DNA from: Gemmatimonadales bacterium
GTDB taxonomy: Bacteria; Gemmatimonadota; Gemmatimonadetes; Gemmatimonadales; GWC2-71-9
NCBI GenBank assembly: GCA_036004545.1
Contig: DASYRI010000070.1
Location: 5,252 to 69,251, forward strand
Length of the DNA stretch: 64,000 nucleotides
Reading direction: 5' to 3'
Shown here: piece after piece, positions 57,124-64,000 of the stretch
Layout of the letters: the number at the start of each line of letters is the position of its first letter
Position numbering within the stretch: the stretch's first letter is position 1
Position numbers and translations under genes: made by a program
The notes under the pieces: generated by a model
What the model was told of the DNA's origin: nothing
Databases searched by the model: none
The model's input: the letters and a program-made list of their open reading frames with translations, nothing else

Positions 57124-57135
57124 GATGGCACTTTT

Positions 57136-57564
57136 TCACCTTTCCACACCAGCCCATGCTCCCTCGATGTGGGTCAGGTGTGGAGTTGTGGAGCCAGCCA
57201 CCCCCCCGGCCGCCCCGTCCTCCACCGCGATCAGATCGAACCGGTAGCGGTCGCTCGGCCGCCCGAACCGCACCCGCCAGAGTTCCGCCAACCGGAGCAG
57301 CACCGCGCGTTTCCGCGGACCCACTGCTTCCGCCGCCAGACCGAACCGGCGCGAGCGCCGGGCTTTCACCTCGACGAACGCGACCAGGTCGCCCCGCCGA
57401 GCGATCAGGTCCAGGTCGTGGTGGCCGAGACGGAAGCGATGGGCTTCGATCCGCCAGCCCTGCCCGAGCAGGTATGCCATGGCAGCGCGCTCCCCGGCAT
57501 AGCCGCGACGGTGCCGCGGGTCGGACCATTGGGAGACCGGCTTGGGCGGGCGAGCGGTGGGCAT
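57136..57564 (-). CDS. yraN: YraN family (UPF0102) endonuclease-like protein
   Basis: G...E..A..YL...G..I......R...GE.DLIA......V.FVEVK.R. Confidence 0.85.
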   Translation of the reverse strand: MPTARPPKPVSQWSDPRHRRGYAGERAAMAYLLGQGWRIEAHRFRLGHHDLDLIARRGDLVAFVEVKARRSRRFGLAAEAVGPRKRAVLLRLAELWRVRFGRPSDRYRFDLIAVEDGAAGGVAGSTTPHLTHIEGAWAGVER

Positions 57565-57681
57565 ACCCGACGGTATCGCCGAACCTCCGCGGCGATGAAA
57601 CCGGAAGTACGCGGTGCCGGGCGGAACAAACGCGCGAGGGGTGGCCGGACGGGCGGAGGACCTGCTTCCGGCGGTTTCTTC

Positions 57682-58287
57682 TTACATCGCGGCGTTCGCC
57701 GGGTTTGCCAGGGCGCCGATCTGCTGGAGCAGTCCGGCCTGATCCCAGTTGGCCCAGCTCTCGACGATCTTGCCGTTGGCGACCCGGAAGACGCTCAGGC
57801 CGGTGATAGTCACCGCCCGGTGGCTCGGCGGAAAACCACCGAGGGGGCCGGTATGGCGCCCGGTCACGGTCCACCGCACCACCACCTTGTCCCCCGCGAC
57901 CAGGGTCTCCTCCAGGGTGAACCGATGGTCGGGGAACGCTGCGCTGTACACCCGGACGGTTTCCATCACGCCCTGCGGGCCGGGTGGCAGCTCGGGTGCG
58001 GTCGAATCGTGATTGGTGTAGTCCGCCGAGAAGCACTCCTCCGCGGCTGCCCGGTCCTGCTTTTCCCAGACGTCCCGGAACACCCGCCTCACCACCGTCA
58101 CCGCCTGCGAGTCGGTGGACGACCCGTTGGTGTAGGCACGCTCGCGGAGCAGGCCCCGAAGGTCCTCCGCCGTAAAGCCGGCGTCGGGATGCACTGTGGC
58201 GGCGTGAGCCTCCGCCTCCCGGAGGAGGGCTTCATCGGACTCGGCCATGAGCTGGTGGCCGCAGGTGCAGTCGATAATGCGTGACAC
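57682..58287 (-). CDS. DUF1059-like N-terminus fused to a SnoaL-like (NTF2 fold) ester cyclase domain
   Basis: CTCGH.....DE.L...A..H....H, then ..F..DY.NH, G.K.V.RWT..G.H.G...G..PS.R.....G...FR...GKI.E.W. GTG start 8 nt after GGGGAG. Confidence 0.65.
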   Translation of the reverse strand: MSRIIDCTCGHQLMAESDEALLREAEAHAATVHPDAGFTAEDLRGLLRERAYTNGSSTDSQAVTVVRRVFRDVWEKQDRAAAEECFSADYTNHDSTAPELPPGPQGVMETVRVYSAAFPDHRFTLEETLVAGDKVVVRWTVTGRHTGPLGGFPPSHRAVTITGLSVFRVANGKIVESWANWDQAGLLQQIGALANPANAAM

Positions 58288-58497
58288 CTCGAGATCTCCC
58301 CTGTTCGAAGAAACGTCGCCCTGACCGCCCCCCCAGCTCGGAAGCCTCCCTCCCCCCATGGGGCCCTGAGGCAGCGGCCGGACCCCGCACGTCCCCTTTC
58401 CCGCCTCGCATCGGGAATCGTTGCTGTCGAGGGAGTATACGGTGCTAGAGTATGGAGCGGGAAGGCCTTCGTCAAGAGATCATATTGCTCCATACAG

Positions 58498-60720
58498 TCA
58501 TGTACAGTACTCGTTCAGCTGGGAGAGGCCGATGAGCACCTCCCTCGGCTTGCTGCCGTCCGGCGGTCCGAGGATCCCGGCGGCGTGGAGCTGATCGATG
58601 ATCCGCGCGGCTCGCCCGTACCCGATCCGCAGCTTGCGCTGGAGCAGGGAGGTCGAGCCGCCCTGATGCTGGATGCAGGTCTCGGCGGCCTCGCGGAAGA
58701 GGATGTCCCGCTCGCCGGCTTCCACCTCGTCCTCGTCCCCCTCCTCCTCGCTCTCCTGGGCGCGCATGACCGCGAGGATGTCCTCTTCGGCGCGTGCAGC
58801 CACCGCGGCCGACTCCTGGCGCGACTTGAACCACGCCATCAGCCGCTCGGTTTCCTCGGTGCCGATGAACGCGCCCTGAATCCGCTGGGGCTCGCTCTTG
58901 CCCGGCGGCAGAAAGAGCATGTCGCCGTTGCCGAGTAGCGCCTCGGCCCCATTGCCGTCGAGAATCGTCCGGCTGTCCACCTTCGAAGCCACCCGGAAGG
59001 CGATCCGGCTCGGGAAATTCGCCTTGATGAGACCGGTGATGACGTTTACCGAGGGCCGCTGGGTCGCAAGGATCAGATGGATGCCGATCGCCCGGGCCTT
59101 CTGGGCCAGCATGGCGAGCGGCGTCTCGACTTCGGCGGCGACCGTCATCATCAGATCGGCCAGCTCGTCCACGATGATGACCAGGTGGGGGAGCCGTCCG
59201 TCGGCATAGACGTCGGCCGCCGGTGGCGGGGGCGGCGTCGTCTCCGCCTCGGCGCTGATCACAGCGAGGGTCGGCGCCGACCGGCTGGGGTGCCGCAGCG
59301 GCTTCCCGTCCTCGACCTTCCGGTTGAAATCGGTGAGGTTGCGCGCGCCGTTGGCGTGGAGCAGCTCGTAGCGGCGGTTCATCTCGTGCACCGCCCACTT
59401 GAGCACCCGCGCGGCATCGCGGTTGTCGGTCACCACCGCATGCCGGAGGTGTGGCAGGGCGTTGTACATCGAGAGCTCGACCATCTTGGGATCGATCATC
59501 AGCAGCCGGAGGTCGTCCGGGGTGTAGCGGTAGATGAGCCCGGTGATGATCGTGTTGATGGCGACGGACTTCCCCGACCCCGTCGCGCCCGCGATGAGCA
59601 GGTGGGGCATCCGGGCGAGGTCGGTCACCACCGGCTTGCCCTCGAGGTCCCGCCCCAGCGCCATCGGCATCACGGCGTGGGCACGGCCCCATTCGTCGGT
59701 CTCCAGCAATTCCCGGAGCGTCACCATCCGCGCGGTGGGATTGGGCACTTCCACCCCGACGGCGCCCCGACCCGGAATCGGGGCCACCCGGATGCTCATC
59801 GCGCGCATGGTGATGGCGAGGTCATCGGCGAGCGCGATGATCCGTCCCGCCTTGACGCCCGGCGCGGGGACGATTTCGAACTGGGTCACCACCGGCCCGC
59901 TGGTCCGCCCCGCGATCGTGCCGTCGACCTTGAAGGTGCGCAGCGTGTCGAGGAGCGCCTGGCCCAGCCGGTCGAGCTGGGCGGTGTCCGCGGCGACGTC
60001 ATGGGGCCGGGGCGGGTTGAGCAGGTCGAGCGGCGGGAAGACGTCCGGCGCGGCGGGTTTGCCAACGCCGCGCTTCTCGCGCCGCTCTCTGGGGATTTCG
60101 GCCTTCGCCTTGGGAGACCGCCTGGTCCAGGCGGCAGGCCCCGACGCCTCGGCCTCCGCATCCGGGTCGGCGGGAGGGACCGAGCCGGGCCGCCGCGCCG
60201 CTTCCGTCGTTCCGTCTTTCCGTTCGTCCGCCTTCTTCTCCAGCCGGTGCAGCGGATGCCAGGCGAGCGTGGCGAGCGTGAGGGCGGAGAGCGCGAGGAA
60301 GCCGAGCAGCAGCCCGCCCGGCTGGCCGATGCCCTCGGTGACCCCGCGCGCGGCGAAGCCCGGCAGGAGCCCGGTGAACCGCGCGGCCAGGCCCCACTCG
60401 AAGAGCGGCGGGTCGAACGCCGCCGCCGGCACGTCGGCGATGACGCCGATGGTGAACGGCACCAGCAGCGCGAGGCCGCCGAGCAGGAAGCCCATCCGCT
60501 TCATGTCGAGCCGCGGTACTCGATCGAAGCCCGCGAGGGCGAGGCCGAATCCGAGCAGGGGCAACCCCACCGCGCCGCAGCCAAGCACCCGCCAGAGCAG
60601 CTCCCCGAGGATCCGGCCCACCGGACCGGTCGGAACCTCCGGCACCAGGGCGAGCCCGAAGAACACGCCCAGCACCAGCGCGGCGATCGCTCCGAGGCGG
60701 CGGCGGTCCTCCGGTCTCAT
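58498..60720 (-). CDS. ftsK: DNA translocase FtsK
   Basis: N-terminal TM helices, linker, motor domain (AGATGSGKS, DE box IVDELADLMM), gamma wHTH (S.S.LQR.LRIGY.RAARI.D). ATGA overlap with the comB stop. Confidence 0.95.
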   Translation of the reverse strand: MRPEDRRRLGAIAALVLGVFFGLALVPEVPTGPVGRILGELLWRVLGCGAVGLPLLGFGLALAGFDRVPRLDMKRMGFLLGGLALLVPFTIGVIADVPAAAFDPPLFEWGLAARFTGLLPGFAARGVTEGIGQPGGLLLGFLALSALTLATLAWHPLHRLEKKADERKDGTTEAARRPGSVPPADPDAEAEASGPAAWTRRSPKAKAEIPRERREKRGVGKPAAPDVFPPLDLLNPPRPHDVAADTAQLDRLGQALLDTLRTFKVDGTIAGRTSGPVVTQFEIVPAPGVKAGRIIALADDLAITMRAMSIRVAPIPGRGAVGVEVPNPTARMVTLRELLETDEWGRAHAVMPMALGRDLEGKPVVTDLARMPHLLIAGATGSGKSVAINTIITGLIYRYTPDDLRLLMIDPKMVELSMYNALPHLRHAVVTDNRDAARVLKWAVHEMNRRYELLHANGARNLTDFNRKVEDGKPLRHPSRSAPTLAVISAEAETTPPPPPAADVYADGRLPHLVIIVDELADLMMTVAAEVETPLAMLAQKARAIGIHLILATQRPSVNVITGLIKANFPSRIAFRVASKVDSRTILDGNGAEALLGNGDMLFLPPGKSEPQRIQGAFIGTEETERLMAWFKSRQESAAVAARAEEDILAVMRAQESEEEGDEDEVEAGERDILFREAAETCIQHQGGSTSLLQRKLRIGYGRAARIIDQLHAAGILGPPDGSKPREVLIGLSQLNEYCT
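60201..60232. repeat. CTTCCGT-word array in the ftsK linker
   Basis: cttccgtcgttccgtctttccgttcgtccgcc. Encodes ADERKDGTTEA. Confidence 0.7.
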
Positions 60721-61520
60721 TCGGACGGGGCGGGCGCGAGCGGAGTCGGAGGCGGCGGAGACGAGGTCGCCGCCGGCGGCGACTCCGCGGCGGCCACGGT
60801 GATCCGGCGATCGTGAAAGACGGGCAGGACCGGATACGCATTCTCCCGCGCCGCATCGGCGACGTCGGTCCCCATCCCCAGCGCGACGAGCTGCCGTCCG
60901 GCGGCGGAATGCATCAGGGGACGCTCCCAGTTCTCCCCATAGCGCCGGACCAGGTCCACGGCGGCGAGCGCGCCGTCGTTGAGCCCTCTCCGCCGCCTCC
61001 GGCCCTCCAGCGCCGCCATGACGAGCCGCCCCGCGGCGTAGGCGTCGTCCAGCCCGAATCGGGATTCCTTCCCGCCGCAGAGGATGAGCAGGTCCTTGTG
61101 GCGATGCAGGAGGTCCCGCGCCCGCGCGCCGGCCACCGTGAGATTCACCGCCCCGGCCAGATACACTTCGGCCGCGCCCTGCGCCGCCAGGATCGCCCGG
61201 GTGCCGTTGGTGGTCGTCATGACGAGGGTCTTGCCCCGCACCGCCAGCTCGGTCATCTCCAGGGGGCTGTTCCCGAGCGCGAAGCCCGGAATTGGCTCCG
61301 AGTTCCGCTCGCCGGCCGTGACCACGTCGTCCGGGCCGAGACTCTGAGCCATCCGCGCCGCTTCCTCCGGGGTCGCCACCGGGACGACCCCGCGGGCGCC
61401 GTGGTGGAGCGCGGCGCAGATCACGGTGCTGGCGCGGAGCACGTCGATCACGAACACGGGCCGGCCCGCGACCTCCGGAGGGGTGAGGCCCGCGGGCGAG
61501 AAGAGCACGTCGATCTTCAT
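60717..61520 (-). CDS. comB: 2-phosphosulfolactate phosphatase family protein
   Basis: ..V.IDVLRA.T.I..AL..GA, GER.G....GF..GNSP. Confidence 0.8.
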   Translation of the reverse strand: MKIDVLFSPAGLTPPEVAGRPVFVIDVLRASTVICAALHHGARGVVPVATPEEAARMAQSLGPDDVVTAGERNSEPIPGFALGNSPLEMTELAVRGKTLVMTTTNGTRAILAAQGAAEVYLAGAVNLTVAGARARDLLHRHKDLLILCGGKESRFGLDDAYAAGRLVMAALEGRRRRRGLNDGALAAVDLVRRYGENWERPLMHSAAGRQLVALGMGTDVADAARENAYPVLPVFHDRRITVAAAESPPAATSSPPPPTPLAPAPSE

Positions 61521-62875
61521 GCGTCGAGTTTGAGCAGGCGGCTCTCGCGCTCGAGGAAGCGGGTGTCCACCCTCCCGGCGACGAAATCGGGATGGTGAAT
61601 GACGCGGTTGAGAAAGGGGATCGTGGTGGTGACTCCCTCGAGAATGAAGCTGTCCAGCGCCTGCCCCATCCGCGCCAGCGCCTCGGCGCGGTCCCGGCCG
61701 TGCACGATGACCTTGGCCAGGAGCGAGTCATAGTACGGCGGGACGGTGTAGCCGGCGTAAATGTGGGTGTCCACCCGGACGCCCGGTCCTCCGGGGGGAT
61801 GATAGGCGGAGATGTGTCCCGGGGAAGGCTGGAAGTTCCGGTAGGGATCTTCCGCGTTGACCCGGCATTCGATGGCGTGGCCGCGGAGGCCGTTCAGTTC
61901 GCAGGGAAGGCTCAACCGCTCTTCCGCGGCGACCCGGATCTGCTCCTTGACCAGGTCCACCCCGGTGACCATCTCGGTGACCGGGTGCTCCACCTGGATC
62001 CGGGTGTTCATCTCCATGAAGTAGAAGTCGCCGTCGCCGGTGAGCAGGAACTCCATCGTCCCGGCCCCGACGTAGCCGATCGCGCTCGCCAGCGCCACCG
62101 CCGCCTCGCCCATGCTGGCGCGGAGCTCAGGGGTGAGTCCCGGGCTCGGGCTCTCCTCGATCAACTTCTGGTGGCGGCGCTGCACCGAGCAGTCGCGCTC
62201 GCCGAGATGGACCACCCGGCCCTGACTGTCGCCCAGGACCTGGAATTCGACATGGCGCGGCCGGTCGAGATACTTCTCGAGGTACACGTCGCCGTTCCCA
62301 AAGGCGGCGAGCGCCTCGTTCTGAGCCAGCGAGAAGAGCTGGCCGAACGGCTCGGCGTCGTGGGCGATCCGCATCCCCTTCCCGCCCCCGCCGGCCGTCG
62401 CCTTGATGATGACCGGAAAGCCGAGCGCTTCGGCCGCCGCCACCGCATCCTCGACGCTCTGCAGCACGCCGTCCGAGCCCGGCACGGTCGGGACCCCGGC
62501 CTCCCGCGCCAGCCGCCGCGCCGAAGCCTTGTCGCCCATGGCCCGAATCTGTTCCGCCGTCGGGCCGATGAAGCTGATGTTCGAGGCCCGGCAGATCTCG
62601 GCGAACTCGGCGTTCTCGGCCAGAAACCCGTAACCGGGGTGGATCGCGTCCGCCCCGGTGATTTCGGCGGCGGCGATGATCCGGGGAATGTTGAGGTAGG
62701 AGGAGCGGCTGGGGGGGGGGCCGATGCAGACGTCGTCATCGGCGAAGCGCACATGGAGCGATTCGCGGTCCGCCTCGCTGTAGACCGCGACGGTCTGGAT
62801 GCCGAGCTCCCGGCATGCACGAATCACCCGCAGCGCAATCTCGCCGCGGTTGGCGATGAGCACTTTCTCGAACAT
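61517..62875 (-). CDS. accC: acetyl-CoA carboxylase biotin carboxylase subunit
   Basis: [23 protein letters not shown]-grasp, full length of 452 aa. Confidence 0.97.
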   Translation of the reverse strand: MFEKVLIANRGEIALRVIRACRELGIQTVAVYSEADRESLHVRFADDDVCIGPPPSRSSYLNIPRIIAAAEITGADAIHPGYGFLAENAEFAEICRASNISFIGPTAEQIRAMGDKASARRLAREAGVPTVPGSDGVLQSVEDAVAAAEALGFPVIIKATAGGGGKGMRIAHDAEPFGQLFSLAQNEALAAFGNGDVYLEKYLDRPRHVEFQVLGDSQGRVVHLGERDCSVQRRHQKLIEESPSPGLTPELRASMGEAAVALASAIGYVGAGTMEFLLTGDGDFYFMEMNTRIQVEHPVTEMVTGVDLVKEQIRVAAEERLSLPCELNGLRGHAIECRVNAEDPYRNFQPSPGHISAYHPPGGPGVRVDTHIYAGYTVPPYYDSLLAKVIVHGRDRAEALARMGQALDSFILEGVTTTIPFLNRVIHHPDFVAGRVDTRFLERESRLLKLDA

Positions 62876-62966
62876 TCAGCGGAATCGCCTTCCTCGGGCG
62901 CGCACGGCGCCCCCTCGGGTGGCGATGAGCACTTTCTCGAACATTCAGCGGAATTCGAACATTCAG
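62851..62966. repeat. triplicated accC translation-start segment
   Basis: A 35-nt block (tggcgatgagcactttctcgaacattcagcggaat) occurs at 62851-62885 and again at 62920-62954. A third partial copy, tcgaacattcag, is at 62955-62966. Confidence 0.9.
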
Positions 62967-64000
62967 GGAAGCGCGTCCCGCGTCAGCCCCTGCGGCGCAC
63001 CCGTGACGGGTTCATCCGGCGCGTCGAAGGTCCGGTCGGAGGCGGCGGTCACGCCGGCGGCCCGGAGCGCGAACTCGCTGGGATTGGTCGCGGCCTGCAT
63101 CGCGCTTTCGTAGCTGATGACGCCGGCCTTGTACCAGGTCATCAGCGACTGGTCGAACAGCTGCATCCGGTAGGACATCGAGCCGTCGGCGATCAGATCC
63201 GGAATGGCGAGCGACTTCTCGATGCTCCGGATGTTCTCCGCCACCGCGGCGGTATTGATGAGCACCTCGGCCGCGGGCACCCGGCCCCTTCCGTCGGCGC
63301 GTGGCACCAGGCGCAGGCTCACGATCGCCGTGAGCGCGGTGGACAGCAGCCCGCGAATCTCGGCCTGCTGGTGCGGCGGGTAGAACGACAGCATCCGGCT
63401 GATGGACTGGGTGGCGTCGGTGGTGTGCAGGGTCGAGAAAACCAGGTGTCCGGTGTCCGCCGCCTTGAGCGCCGTGTCCAGCGTCTCCAGGTCGCGGATC
63501 TCGCCCAGCAGGATCACATCGGGGTCCTGGCGCAGCACGTGCCGGAGCGCCGTCCCGAAGGACAGGGTGTCGCTTCCCACCTCGCGCTGGGCGATATTCG
63601 CCATCGAGTCCCGGTGCAGGAACTCGATCGGATCCTCGATGGTGATGACGTTCACCCGGCGATGGCGGTTGATGTGGTTGATCATCGCCGCCAGCGCGGT
63701 GGACTTGCCCGAGCCGGTGATCCCGGTCACCAGCACGAGCCCGCGCGGCTTGAGCGCGATGGCCTCCAGCACCTCGGGCAGATTGAGCTCCTTGATGGAG
63801 TGGACTTCGTAGGGGATCGCCCGGAGCGCGAACGCCAGGGTACCGCGCTGCTGGTAGATGTTGGTCCGGAAGCGCCCCACGCCGGGCACCCCGATGGCGA
63901 AATCCGCCTCCTTCTTCTCCGAGAACTCCTTCACCTGCCTCGGGGTCATGATCTGCTCGGCCAGGTGTTTCAGGTCTTCGGGCCGCACCGGCTGCATCGG
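62963..64000 (-). CDS. pilT: type IV pilus twitching-motility ATPase PilT, N-terminus beyond the window
   Basis: GITGSGKST Walker A, DPDVILLGE, HLVFSTLHT. Canonical PilT has ~45 more N-terminal residues than the listed Met. Confidence 0.9.
   Translation of the reverse strand, partial: PMQPVRPEDLKHLAEQIMTPRQVKEFSEKKEADFAIGVPGVGRFRTNIYQQRGTLAFALRAIPYEVHSIKELNLPEVLEAIALKPRGLVLVTGITGSGKSTALAAMINHINRHRRVNVITIEDPIEFLHRDSMANIAQREVGSDTLSFGTALRHVLRQDPDVILLGEIRDLETLDTALKAADTGHLVFSTLHTTDATQSISRMLSFYPPHQQAEIRGLLSTALTAIVSLRLVPRADGRGRVPAAEVLINTAAVAENIRSIEKSLAIPDLIADGSMSYRMQLFDQSLMTWYKAGVISYESAMQAATNPSEFALRAAGVTAASDRTFDAPDEPVTGAPQGLTRDALP

Noticed and set aside
62876-62965. In-frame TGA codons between pilT, the mini-ORFs and accC as selenocysteine or programmed read-through sites.
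   Set aside because: There is no SECIS-like hairpin immediately 3' of the TGAs. Each TGA is directly followed by an ATG that duplicates the accC start. Duplication of a stop-start junction explains the pattern.

Overview
High-GC (roughly 70% by eye) bacterial chromosomal core region. I call about 63 protein genes and 2 tRNAs. Nearly all genes are on the minus strand and tightly packed, and many neighbours share 4-nt ATGA/GTGA stop-start overlaps.

Gene content is housekeeping:
- ispA(partial)-xseB-xseA-folD-rny-zapA-pheTS-rplT-rpmI-infC
- phhA, an S41 peptidase, ggt, an MBL hydrolase, a DnaQ-like exonuclease, arcA, rex, rsmA
- an RsbU/RsbW/RsbV-type partner-switching module
- coaD, rsmD, recJ, dnaG, mutS2, rpsU, rsmE, prmA, dnaJ, hrcA, hemW, dprA, obg
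- two unrelated asparaginases, heptose and glycosyl genes, hflX, rarA, a ZIP transporter, cca
- alaS, recX, recA, ftsK, comB, accC, pilT(partial)

I found no transposase, integrase, CRISPR array or recognisable defence system. The phylum cannot be established from the sequence alone.

Observations worth a second look:
1. A pervasive set of short-period (6-8 nt) tandem repeats. They often form long imperfect palindromes. They sit in short intergenic spacers and also in-frame inside conserved genes (pheT, MBL hydrolase, mutS2, alaS, ftsK, ggt, and the folD/xseA ends). One 24-nt word is shared between pheT and the MBL gene. This resembles cyanobacterial STRR heptamers or Rickettsia RPE-like in-frame palindromic elements.
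2. Terminator/antiterminator leaders in front of phhA and infC. infC appears to start at CUG.
3. A triplicated accC start region that creates two in-frame mini-ORFs joined by TGA-ATG junctions.
4. Single-base frameshifts in ggt and in the essential alaS.
5. A perfect Rex operator directly upstream of rex.

All calls come from reading the translations and the sequence, with no database search. Coordinates of small motifs may be off by 1-2 nt.
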